In this document: piece after piece, positions 23,620-36,724 of the stretch
How the letters are laid out: the number at the start of each line of letters is the position of its first letter
Position numbering within the stretch: the first letter of the stretch is position 1
From: Azolla caroliniana
Lineage: Eukaryota; Plantae; Polypodiophyta
Length of the DNA: 64,000 nucleotides
Assembly: GCA_043228905.1 (NCBI GenBank)
Contig: JBHGNT010000015.1
Span: 15,748,001 to 15,812,000 of the forward strand
Reading direction: 5' to 3'
Notes under the pieces: generated by a model
What the model was told of the DNA's origin: nothing
What the model saw: only the letters and a program-made list of their open reading frames with translations
The model's database searches: none
Translations under genes and position numbers: made by a program

Positions 23620-26600
23620 ATGGAGAGATGGGCAGGATCAAATGAGAGGAAGACATATTCTAAGCATCTTCTGCACAGGCTTCATAGCTCTTGGAAAGAC
23701 AAGCAAAAGCCTCTGGACCGCACTATTGACTTCTGGAGACGATCCATCTGGGTCTATGCAAGCTATAAGGTATTTAGTATTTATATATATCCTTTTTTTG
23801 CAAATTGCATAAAATCATTATATATATATATATTATCCCCTGCATGATCTGTGTTTAGAATCGTTTGTAATACATGAGCTTATGTGGGCACAGGAGAAAT
23901 GCATTTTTTCTATAATAAAAAAGCTCTACTCAAAATGATATGTTTGTTTGAGTACATGATACCTTCACTTGAATTTGACTGCCCTCACCCTATCTGTATG
24001 AATATATAGAGTGTGCATCCTGATCATGCTAAATAAAACATGTCTAGGAGAATCACTCACAAAATATCTGAAAAAATATCATGTGCAAAAGGGTTCAGAT
24101 ATGTTTTCTTTACTACTCGCCTGGGTGCCCGTTTACATGTATGAAATCATAGAAAAATGATGTGAACATTACCACAAAACCTGAAGCAAGTGTAGAAAAG
24201 TTATATAAATCAGTAGTGGATTTTATTGGCTTCATAAATATTTCTAGATTCTCTCCATTCAACCCCCTTGGATAATGTAGGTGTGTTTAATCAACTGTAT
24301 TTTTTATATACATCTTATTGACGTGTGGGAATATATATGGTTTCCATTTGTAAGCGCACTATGTATTACTTTCTTTATTTCATTTCAGATTTGCCAAGTG
24401 CATACTCAATTTTTACACAAGGACAAGCAAAATATAGTATGGGAAATCCAGCATGAATGGGCAGCTGAAAAAGTATATGACTTATGTTCTGAACTTGGAG
24501 GCTTCTTTTTGAAGGTTCATTTCTATTTCTGAAATATTGGATTTTTCCGATTAAAAAACCTGGTGAATGAAATCTAAGGAATTTGTTTTTGACAACCAAG
24601 GTAGCACAAGTGATTGGCAAACCAGATTTAGCTCCAGATGCTTGGGTCAAGAAATTGGTGACACTTTGTGATGCTGCACCAACAACACCATATTCAACTA
24701 TAATTCATGTTTTGGAGCAAGAGCTCGGGATCCCAGTAGATTTACTCTTTGAGGAATTTGACAAGAACCCAATAGGCTCTGCATCGGTGGCACAGGTGCA
24801 AAACGCGCACATGCACATATTTTCTCTTCAGTTAAGCACGTTAAAAACATCCACAGTATATACTTTACAAAGGATCTCTAGGCATACTCACATCATATAA
24901 ATGACAATATTTTTGCTGTAATCTCTTGTTGAGTGATACAGGTCATTCCCTAAACCCTAAACCCATATTTTGTTCTCTTTTCTTTTTAGGATGACTATTC
25001 CCCCCTGAATTGGATATTATCCGGTATAACACACTTTCTCTCTGGGATCAGATTCTCCCCTGAATTTTATGATATATCATTTATCACACAACTCTCTTGA
25101 TAGACTTATCTACTACCAAAATAGTTCTTTCATTTGCTTGTGAGGGTAGTTTTTTGCATTTTCATACTATTACATTGCAGCTTTCAGATCTTTTTGTATG
25201 GAGAAGGTATAATACATTATTGTGACTATGATATTTTGGGTTCCTTAGTCCAATTTTAGAGACTTTGATCTGGATCGACCTATGCTAGAGATCTTTTCAA
25301 GACAAAATTATAGTATATCTAACTTGAGAATCTCACATGTGCGGAAAACCAGATTCTTTAGCCTCTTTTTATCTTATTTACTTTTATATTTACTAGTAAT
25401 ATTTATTTTATTTTGATTTTTTGTTCTCAAAGACGAGACAACACTTAGATGTAATTTCTTGTTTCGTCTTATAGACCATTTTGGCCTCTTAAAAGACATT
25501 AATATATCCTTCTTTCTCTCTCTATCAATGATTGCCCACATGATAAAGAGCAAAGCATCGGTGCCCCATGATATAATCTTGCCATTGTAGGTGCTTCCCT
25601 TGCTTCGGAGACCTCTCCATTTTGGATCGACCTATGATAGAGATATTTCGAAGACAAAAGTTACAATATATCTAACTTGAGAATCTCACATGTGCCGAAA
25701 ACCAGATTCCCTTGTCTCTGTTTATCTTATTTACTTTTATATTTACTGAGTAATATTCATTTTATTTTGATTTGTTGTTCTCCAAGATGAGGCAACACTT
25801 AAGATATAATCTCTTGTTTGGTCTTATAGGCCATTTTGGCCTCTTAAAAGACGTTAATATATCTTTCTTTCTTTCTCTCTCTCTCTCTCTCTCTTTCTAG
25901 TGCGATATGTTTAGTTCTATTTATTTTGGGTTTTTGTTCTCAAAGATGGGAAAACATTGTAAGATGGTATCTCTTATAGGAGATTCTGGCCTTTTAAAAG
26001 GCATTAATGTAGTTTTCTTTGTTTATTTTGAATGGTTGTGAGTATACAATGGTGTGCTTGATTAGGATATTTTCAAATCTCGAGAGGAAGATTCAAGGGT
26101 TGTCAAAGTCATTGCATTATGCAGGCACAAATGCCTTTCCTCACATCAGAATCAGCAATGCATCCATGTGGTGTAACTACACGAAATCGTTGGTATGATA
26201 AGAAATGTTGTGATTAAGGAAACACTTCCAACAGGAAATGACCTGGAGGATTTGTACATATTATATATTGACAAACAAGATCAAACTTCCAATGGCTGGT
26301 GAGGAAGAAGAATGTATCATATTTGGCTAAATATGCAGCAGAGGTATACAGGCTGTTATTAGGACAAGAAAGTAAACAAACATGGAAAATGTTTAATGAG
26401 AGGAAGCCTAATATACACAACTGACCTCACCACAGGCTTGACATAAATATGCAAAGATACTCTTTGATTCCTCCCCCACCCACATTGCTCATACCACATG
26501 GAATCCACCTTTTTTGTTCCACAAAATGTGTGAAATACCAGTGACCAGTTAAAATTTGTAAAGCCCCAATGGATTTGTTGGTGAGGATTTTATCTATGCC

Positions 26601-29600
26601 CATGATACCTTGCTCCTGCTTCTTGCACACATCTTTAACAGAGCAATGTGTGAATGTTTCCCTACTAGTTGAATAAACATACCATTGTACTCATTTTCAA
26701 GAGTGAAGATCCCATGATGCCCAACAATTATAGAACTAGAATGCTTGGGCACTTCTTGGCCAAACTATATGGTTTGATCCTAAATTCCGAATTGAGTGTA
26801 TGAGCAGAGAAAGATGGTTGCAATTCAATGAGAAAACAGGTTTCCAAAAGAGGTTCACAACTTTGAATCACATACTGAATTCGTGAGCTTTTATGAAGGT
26901 TGGAAGATCCCATAAAAGTTGGGGCTATTGCTGCTTTATGATCTTCTGGAAAACCATCAACATTGTACTGCAGGCTTGGCCCAAGCAGTGACTAGAGGCC
27001 CTTGGCATCCCATTGGATATGGAATGGAGAATCATGCACTATATGAATCTGTTTCGCGGAAAAGAGCACTCTCCTATTGGGTTGTCAGAGTTTGTAGCTA
27101 GTAGTCAAATTGTTACACATAACATTAGAGAGAGAGAGAAGGCATTTAAACAAGGAATACAAGGAATATCTTGGAAAAGTGGAAGAGAGAGAAGGCATTT
27201 AAAGTGTTGCAGATTCTAGAGAGAAGAATCTAGGAAGAGAGAGAACGTAGAAAAGAGATAATAAAGATGAAAGAGAGTGCAGGTCTGGAGTTGCCACCCT
27301 CGAACACCTCCTCTCAGCTCTAGAACAGTGATTCAACATTGAGTCGAATGGTGGCTTGAAGCCACTTGGGAAGTGGTGGAAGTTGGTGTGTAGAGGAAGG
27401 GGAAATGATTGGAGTCAAGGGAGAGTTTGAATTGTAGGCGAAGTTAGAGGTTGAGTAGGAGTGGGAGGAGATGGAGGGCTTGAAGGTGAGCCATCTTCGT
27501 CAGAAATAGGAGATTTCGGAGCAGCTGGGATTTTAACCGTGAACTTAGGTGAAAGCCTAGAGTCATTCAGCTAAGACTCCACAAAATGAACATCCCTAGA
27601 GATGACTAGGGACTTTGATTCTAAATCCCATAACCTGTAGGCTTTAGATTGTGTGCTATAACCAAGAAACTTGCATTTCTTGGTTTTGGACTCAAATTTA
27701 GTCCATTTATGATCTGAAATGTGAACATAAGCATCACAACCAAAGACTTTAAAATGAGAAACTGAGGGCTTTACACTTGTAAATGCTTTTGCAGCAGTTG
27801 ATGATGTAGACTGCTGTGTTGACAGCTTCACCCCAAAACGAGAGAGGAGGATCAGATTGAGAAAGCATTGTACGAGCCATCTCTTGGGCTGTCTGGTTCT
27901 TCCTTCCCACAAGACCATTTTGTTGAGTATTGGGTGTACAAAATTGGCGAGCAATGCTTCGTTGCGAGAAAAAACGGTGGAAAGACAGCTTCACCCCAAA
28001 ACGAGAGAGGAGGATCAGATTGAGAAAGCATTGTACGAGCCATCTGAGTATTGGGTGTACAAAATTGGCGAGCAATGCTTCGTTGAGAGAAAAAACGGTG
28101 GAAAGCTTGGGAGAAACTCTCCACCATTGTTGGGCCTGATCTTTGGAACTTTCTTTGATGTCTCGTTCTCGACAAGAACCACCCATTCTTGAAATTAGGT
28201 GAAGGCTTGAGATCTCTCCACGAGAAATTAAATCCAAACCTTATGGGAGAAATCATCAATGATAAGCATGAAGTAGCGTGCACCACCAAGAGTAGTGGTT
28301 TTCATGGGACGACAAAGATCCATGTGCACTAACTCCATATTAGATGTTGCACTGTGAGTGGCTTGATGTGGGAAAAGCTTTGGATGTTGCTTGCCATGAA
28401 GACAAGCCACACATGGGGTATTGGGAGTTTTGAAAATAGGAAGACCCTTGACTAGCTGTGAAGAGGAGAGCTTTGAAGAGAATCGTAGTTGAGATGACCA
28501 AACCTAGCATGCCACAATGTGGGATCTTCTTGTGCCACCATGGCTGGACAGCCTTGAAGAATATGAAGAAGATGAGATTTGGATTTTTCCAAGGGGCTGT
28601 GGGAACTTTTCAGGCGGTATAAACCCCCTTCTTGTGTGCCACTAGCTATCTATACCAAGGAGAGTACACAATCCTATGCATATTTAGGAGTAATGTTCAC
28701 AAGGCCTTGAATATCCCTATGAGAGGCTGCCTGTGCTCGACTTTCTCGTGGATATGAAGCCCCTGGTACTCTTGGAAGATAATGTGGACATTTATATCTC
28801 GAACTAATTGTGGTAGTTTGATACACTCATAACACCAAGTCTGCTCTCCTAGGTAGAAGGTTGGGAACTGAGCCTTTGTAGACCACAACTCACTAGATTT
28901 GAAGAGAGACCTTTAGTCTCAATGAGTTCTTGCATCATAAGGAGCAAAGCTTTGGTGCCTGATGATATCATCCAGGTAGATATAGGCGCAGCCCCAATAA
29001 TGTCCACAAGGCATATTCCGAACAAGACTAGCATTTATATCATCAAAATAGTTTCCTGAACATGGAGATAGTCATTGTTGGTATATTGTCACATGGCATA
29101 AGTATAAACGCCCTACCCCCAATCCAATATAGCTTGGATTGTCCACACTTGAACATTACCGGAGGAAAAAATGAAGTTATTTGGACTGGTATCATTACAT
29201 TGGATAGTGGATCAGCCCCACAACATTTCTTGGTAGGAAGACAGCCCATTATAAGTACTTTTTACACACCTTGCACGATGGGTTTACCATGAGGTGTTCA
29301 ATACACATTTCTCTTGCACTCCCTAGTGTTATATACAACAGTTTGGAACCTCTTCACATGAGTTAGAGATTGAAATAAGCAGATCTGCGTGCTAATCTAT
29401 GTAAGATCTGCCAATCTTGTCACCGGGGGATAGAATCAGAAGAATGTCTCTTGCCATTGTGTTGTTTTATATGAAATAAGAGGAAAATACCACTCCCTCT
29501 TCAAACAAGGGTTTGGCTCCCTCAAGTTAATGGAATATCAAGAAAAGTAGTTGGAAAATGATCACAACTGCTCATCAACAAATAACCATCACAACTTTCT

Positions 29601-32600
29601 TTGTCTCACTCTCTCCTTTTCATGCTACAAGTCATCAAGAGCCACATAACTGGGGTCTCAATAAGGACACTAAAAAAAAGGTTACAATAGATCAGGCATA
29701 GAAATTAACATATATGTAGACCACTGCCATTCGGGATCGCAGCCTGATCACCCTTATCATTGTCAAATACAAGCCATTATCATCCAATGCTTAGGATGCT
29801 TCCCTTTCTTCGGATGTCTCTCCATCTTGGATCAGCCCATGCTGGAGATCTTTTGATGATAAAAGTTTCAGACTATCTAAGTTTAGAATGTGAAGTGCTT
29901 AGATAGCTTGATGCTTTAGTATCTTATATTTACTTTGGTTTATCGTTCTCAAAGATGAGAACATTGTAAGATTTAATCTCTTGTTTGGTCTAATATGCCA
30001 TTTTAGCCTCATAAAAGATGTTAATATAAATTTCTTTGTTTCATTTAAACTCTCATGTAGGTTCACCGAGCAAGAATCAGGGGAGCAAAAAACTATGTTG
30101 CAGTAAAGGTATGTATGTCTTGCTAATAAAAACATGAAACCCTTGATTAAGGCTGACTGATGTAAAAGATTTAATTGTGAGATGTCTAATAATATGCTGG
30201 TCAGGTGCAACATCCTGGGGTTGAAGAACTCATGATGACTGACATACGGAACCTGAAAGCGTTTGCTGCTTTTGTGCACCGTTTTGATGTAAAGTTTGAT
30301 ATCTTATCAGCATTATGCGAGCTTGAAGAACAAGTATGTTAGTTGATTCTATGAAATTCATATGTAAGATTGTCTTTCAAGATATGACGTCTATAATATT
30401 GGTTTACTTGAGAAAGGACTATCATGAGCATTTCCGATGTCTCGTTAATGAATTCATCATTGTGTTATTAGGGCACATGATAGGTTGCTGGACTCACATC
30501 CCTTGAGTATTTATGACCTTTCATAATAGTTTGTTTGGACTTACTAGATCTTTCTACTTAACAATAATTAGAAGCTATTCTAAAGCATTGGAAAGACAAG
30601 GGGGTTATTTCTCTCAGCAATGTGGCTTCCTAGGTTTATGATAGTTGTTCACATCAAGCAATTGAGATTGTTTTACATCAAACTTATTGAAGATTAAGTC
30701 CCAAGGATCACCTTATGAAGGTTATAATTCTATTCCAAATGACTGTGAGTTAAATGATGATATAAAAGTGATTCCAATGTTAAAATGTTTCCATTGCATA
30801 AAAAATCTAGTAAATTTTTGCCTTGTAAGTATATAAAAATACTCGCTAAAACTCTGACTGGGAGTCAAGACTACGATAATAGAAAAGATTTTTGTTATAA
30901 TTTCCACATGCAACTAGAAAATTACTTTAAAATAGAGGTAAATATGTTATTCAGAAAAGTGATAACATCATTTGATTGATCAAGAGGTTATTCTGATTTT
31001 GTAACATTTAATAATCTCTATTCATAACAAGTTACATGCATCTAATACCTGCATTAATTTGATGCATCTTCTTTCTCATTTCACTACAGGTTGGACTTGA
31101 GTTTGATTTTGTGAGAGAGGCAAAATCCATGGACAAAATAGCAGATACATTACACGTTGCTAATCGTGGAAGACCTCCAGTCGTCGTTCCTCGATCTATC
31201 CCAGGATTGGTTACAAGGTTTGCATTTATTTATTTTTTCATTATTGAAATGGATATGTGAATTGTATAATATAGCAGTTTTATTCCTTTCCTTCCATGAA
31301 ACAATTTCAGAATGAACACAAATTACTTTCCATATATTCTGGCATAGAAACTTGATGAGAACCAATGTTTATAACGTTTTGTCTGGATATTCCAGACAGG
31401 TTTTGACAATGGATTTTATTGAAGGTTTTCCGCTTTTGCGGTTAGGTGAGGTGATGAAAGAAAGAGGCATCAATCCTGATGGAGCTATCGGAAGGATTGC
31501 GCAAAGGTTGATCTCCAAAACATATAAAGCTTTTATTTATTTATTCTTAATTTATAGAAGAATAGAATGTTTGGGTTGTCCCATGCTGGATATTTTGCAA
31601 TTATTTTTAGCGCAAATAGTCAAGAACAAGAGAACAAAGTTTTATGAAAGAATTCCTAAGTAGATCAAGATTTTCGGTGCTCAATCAAGACATTTATTAA
31701 TGATTTTTACAGGAAAATTCTTAAGGATTTGACAACTGCTTATGGACAGATGATTCTAAGGGATGGATTTTTTCAAGCGGATCCCCATCCTGGAAACATT
31801 TTAATTACCAAGGAGGCTAGGGTAAAAACCTTTACTTCGATTCTCTCAGTCTAGTTTTTTGAATTGATCCTATTAAAGGAAATCTCACATCTTATTTATT
31901 TATTTATTAATACATTCGTTGCTTTGAAAGGTCGCTTTGCTAGACTATGGTCAAGTGAAATGTTTATCGAATAGCTTACGGCTTGATTATGCAAAGCTAA
32001 TTTTGGCATTGAGTGCCGGTGAGCCCTTTGAGATTGGCCGATGCCTAGAGTAAGTCACATTTTCAATCGATTAATGAAAATAAAAATTCCTGATTTTTTG
32101 TCACATAAGTGGTAAATTTCTCATAATAAATTAATAGTATTTTCTTATAATTTCCTATTACTATTTTTCATGCATAGAAAAGAAACACTTCAGATTAATA
32201 AAGAAAACTTTTATTTCCAAGTCTGATTGGTAAAGGTTTCCAAATCTCTTCTAGGTTTACAGATCTCACACCAATGAAAGCTTTTCTTGCAGAAATCTTG
32301 GAGTGGTGATTTCCAAGAGAATCGAAGATGACCCTGTCTCATTCATGCTTTTGGCAGCAACGATGTTCGACACCAAGTTGCCAAATGGTCAAACAAAAGC
32401 AAACCCTTTCCTTAAAGACGATGTGATGAAAAAGTTTCATGTCAAGGTAAATTTTATTTGCTATGCATCTAATGAAAGGTATTTGTACAAGGTCATATAT
32501 GGAAAGTGATCGCAAATTACGGATTAGAAATATAGAAAGGTTTTTAAACATTTTTGTGGCATTGACAAGTTTTCATATCTCGTGAAAGTGATCCTTGTTA

Positions 32601-33006
32601 TCTTAATGTCAATGCTAAATACTGATGAATGGTGTAGACACAGTTTAATATGGAAGTTTGTATTGCAGAATTTCCCAAAGGAAATGTTCTTTGTGCTTAG
32701 GACAATACAGATATTGCGTGGGTTAAGTGTTGGCATGGGAATATCGTATTCTTGTGCCGAAGAATGGCGAGAGTTAGCAATGGAAGCCTTGTCCACATCA
32801 AATGACAATGATCAAATGATCCTTAAGGGTGGGTATTTCAAGTGTGCAACATCTGATGCATTTACATTGTTTAATTTTTAATCTGTCCATTGTGAAACTT
32901 TTGGTAAACATTTACAGAGGAATCTAGTTCAAATTCGCGTGCAAAAGATGCAAGGGAGCTTATTTGGAAGAGGAAGCGTAATCGACGTTTGTCATGGTCT
33001 CGGTGA
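23620..33006 (+). CDS. ABC1/AarF (ADCK/UbiB) family atypical protein kinase, 12 exons
   Basis: Exons 23620-23769, 24389-24514, 24601-24795, 30061-30108, 30205-30333, 31090-31217, 31396-31506, 31713-31821, 31931-32049, 32293-32446, 32669-32828, 32918-33006. Motifs: LGGFFLKVAQ, PIGSASVAQVHRA, VAVKVQHPG, EFDFVREA, FFQADPHPGN, LLDYGQVK. Confidence 0.92.
25255..26030 (+). mobile_element. Head-to-tail cluster of short RTE-tail elements (SINE-like or truncated LINE), about three copies
   Basis: Repeated TGGATCGACCTATG-TAGAGAT...GCCATTTTGGCCTCTTAAAAGACGTTAATATATCTTTC ending in CT tails; 25528-25580 encodes RTE-like IAHMIKSKASVPHDII. Confidence 0.75.
26640..27100 (+). mobile_element. RTE LINE reverse-transcriptase fragment (pseudogenised) in ABC1K intron 3
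   Basis: Conceptual translation NNYRTRMLGHFLAKLYGLILNSELSV*AEKDG...GFQKRFTTLNHIL...YCCFMIFWKT. Confidence 0.7.
27300..28650 (-). mobile_element. Ty1/copia retrotransposon fragment (GAG-pre-integrase and integrase) with internal duplication
   Basis: LWHARFGHLN, CVACLHGKQH, ELVHMDLCRPM, YFMLIIDDFS, TPQQNG-like, FWGEAVNTAVY, KVFGCDAYVHI, FLGYS...KAYRLWD...ISRDVHF. Confidence 0.9.
29795..30045 (+). mobile_element. Diverged copy of the short RTE-tail element
   Basis: GCTTCCCTTTCTTCGG...TTGTTTGGTCTAATATGCCATTTTAGCCTCATAAAAGATGTTAATATAAATTTCTTT. Confidence 0.65.
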
Positions 33007-34854
33007 ACAACTCAGTTGATCTCAATATATGGTTGATGTACACTATATAGGTAGAAATTACATGATATGGGGGTAACTGGCTTCAAATTTTGTCAAATGT
33101 ATATGTTAAGATTATACATAATTCAGTCTAGTCATGACTCATAACCATATGGCTTCAAATCAGGTAAAGCTTATGCGGAGACTCGGGGTTTCAAATCATC
33201 ATAAACCCCAAGGTTTTGCACAATTAATCACAACCATTCACCACTATCAATTATTAAATAAAAAGAGTATCGATAGTCATTTATCAATTTCTTCAAATGG
33301 TTGGACATGGTAAACATATCAAGCACTTCACAAATGTTTGATCACATAAATATACAAAGACAAATGAGAGCTTTATTAATCTAATTACCAAGAATGTCCT
33401 CCATACAATATAAAGCAAAGGATAGCTGAGGGTTAATGATGGCTTATATCACAAATGAGAGCTATATCAAGCTAATTACCAAGAATGTGCATAGTACAAC
33501 GTATCCAAGTACATTCAAGGGTTGCATGATTGGTCAAAATGTAGCTATTGGCTTTTATTCTTGGTTACTATGTAAGGGCTCGGCTCTTGATTTCTACTAT
33601 AGTCTCATTCCTTTGCTCATTAGGCTTTATTGTTATTGAAGAAATGATATAAGTATTAGTACAAGAATATTCTAACTTGAAATTTTCTGTGTTGACAATT
33701 CTTTACAATTAAATATTGTAGAATACAAATGCAAGATATATTATGACAAACCAAAATTGACCATAGTATATAGCTAAAATCACCATACAATGTTGCTTCT
33801 CTTTGCATAGGTTGATGCTCATGAGATTTGATCATATAGTTCTCCTATGTCCTCTTGGGCCTCTTGGGGATGGATGATTCCGTTAATCTATTGTTTATTA
33901 TAGAAAGTTATTCACAATATAAAGAACCTCTTACACACCTTTGGGGGGACAAGAATGCATCACTTTCAAGGGCATGAGCCTATTGAGATCAAGGAAGGTG
34001 TCTTCCATGGGGTATCGGGCTTGTTATCTCATACGCAATTGGAGGTGACTCATCAATGCCATGTGGAGCCCAAGGTGAACCTCCAAAGCATGGGTGATAC
34101 ACTCCATTAGAAAATTTGAGCGTTGTAAGAAATGTGTTGCGATGGATATGTTTATGCATTGGGAGTAGCTAACGGTCAAATATATATATAATCTTCAGCG
34201 TGAATCGCTCTCATATGTCTTTCAATGACATAATGTGTATAACACCATCTATGGTTCCTAACATACAACATTTAATTCAAAACCAATAAATTGGGATGGG
34301 CAACTTTGGATACACTAGATGAACTAGAATACTAACCATATTGAATATATGCGCATCATCACAATCACATTGTCCCAATTCCTCCCTATATTCAATTATA
34401 ACTCGTCGACTCATATGTACAACACCTCAAAACTAGCCTAAAATGTTCCTAGTGCAAGTTGAATTATCATTTTGGCTGTATTCAAGCCAACAATAGGCCA
34501 TCTTGTAAGTGATAATCATATCTATTACAAATTTTCTGAACTAGGTATTTCGGGTTCACAAATATCAACAATTGTTTTATCAAAGATTGATTAGAAATAT
34601 TGCACAATTTAACAAATAGGAATATCAAAAAATAGTCCTTTTTTTAATATTGTTTTCTAAAAACAAATCTGCATATATAAATCACATTGTCACAACAAAT
34701 CAATGAAATTGTGATAAATACTACAAACATATAATTAGGTGATGGTTACAAATTGAACATGTCAAGCCTAACATATAAAGACAGCCATATGCACCAAATG
34801 AAGTAATAAAAGCTAATTTTAGATATTCGTCAACACTTTTTGTACACATTGAAT

Positions 34855-35390
34855 ACAAATTAGCAAGACCCATCTCAATCATAGTTTAAAAAGTCCAAAA
34901 TGTTACAATAGGATTCACAAAACTATTGACCACTTGCTATATTTTAAAATCATCAATGCATTATTATATTGATTTCACATACACTCAAACTTTACTCTCA
35001 ATTTCTGGTCATGACCATTGATGGCATCACCATTAGCATGGGATACCTTTACACATCGCGAAAGACACCTAAAGATGACACTAAATACACAATAAGTGTT
35101 ATCATTGCATACTTTATTATAGTTTAACAAATTAGCAAGATCCATCTCAATCATAGGTTAACAAGTCCAAAATGTGACAATAGGATTGACGAAACTATTG
35201 ACCATTTGCTATATTTTAAAATCATCAATGCATTGTTATATTGATTTCACATACACTCAAACTTGACTCTCAATTTCTGGTCATGACCATTGATGACATC
35301 ACCATTAGCATGGGGTACCTGTACACATCACGAAAAGACACCTAAAGATGACACTAAATACACGATAAGTATTATCATTGCATACTTTAA
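34855..35390. repeat. Tandem duplication, ~272-bp unit x2
   Basis: ACAAATTAGCAAGA-CCATCTCAATCATAG... at ~34855 and ~35127, moderately diverged. Confidence 0.9.
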
Positions 35391-36724
35391 TATATGAGTT
35401 GGTTCATTCAGTATCATGAACAGAATACCACGGGCATGAGATAAGACAAAAAAATAGGTGAAGGATGTAGGAGTCATCGTGAAAATGAACAAAAATAACA
35501 CCAAATATGTAATCTAAGTCTCCAAGCCTTCTACACATTGATATGATATGATAGACTTCTTTATAAGTCAATTTAAAAAAATATGATACGGCGAAGCAAA
35601 ACATAATCATTGAACTACGTACCCAAGGTTTGCAAGTGAAACACTACAAACAACATTAATGCCAAATGAAACAATACTCTGCATCATTAATCAATGTCCC
35701 ACGAAAATTTTCACCCAAAACATTTTCAAGAAGGTATAATCATAGATATAAAACACTTTCAGAAAGGTAAGATGGCTGTGTGATTTTAGAATTCTAAACC
35801 AAGGTCTTTAAGTAATACAAAATAACCATCTTTTGTCAAGTCCATGACCAAAATGAAACTTGGTCCTGTATGAAAGTTTTACACTCATGTCCAATTGTGG
35901 GCTCATGAGAGATTTGGGCTATAATCAACACAATATATAAACATTTTTCAGTACATAACTTCATGAGAAGATTTACTTGTCGTGAATCATGTTACCACAG
36001 GATTTAGGTGAATTTCAGGACCAGTATAAAAATAACAACAATTCATTTGTATCAAGACCAATATGAGAGTCAATCTATTCCATCATAGATGGGTTCTGGA
36101 GACCCCAAGGCCAGGAAAATTTTGGAGTTTCACCCAATCTGCAAACATTTTGCAGTCTGCCAATGAAACTTTCAGTTATTTCAGCAGTTTCACCTTTCAG
36201 GGGAAATGTCTCTTGCTACTCTTGAGCTTAGTTTACTAGGGTTCCTCAACCAAATGTGGAACCCACTCTTCTAAATGAGAGTCTTATCAATTTTTTCTTT
36301 GGGTTTCAAATACTTGAACCAAGTGACTTTAATGCTAAATACTTGAAACAAAAATTCATTGCATTTCTCGGACTTCTAGCCAGTTACAATCAAATCAACA
36401 CGAATATGTTTCCAGTGAGTTACAAAGATGCTGAGCAGACTCGATACCTTCAGCTACAAGTTAACTGGTTGTAAGATCTCACATATAATTTGAGCAAACT
36501 GTCCTTGCAATGAAAACCTCTCTTTCACAAACATCCAACCAATCACATAACGCAACATGTCCTTGGTCCTTAGAATACACTCAGATAAAAAAGTACTCTT
36601 CATCTTCTGAATCTGAGAAAAGCAGAAGAAAACTATTGCAGGTCACTTATTAATCATAAAATTAATTCCAAACAGATCCATATGCATAAGGCATGCAGCC
36701 ACTAAGAATCTAGCCAATTGATAC

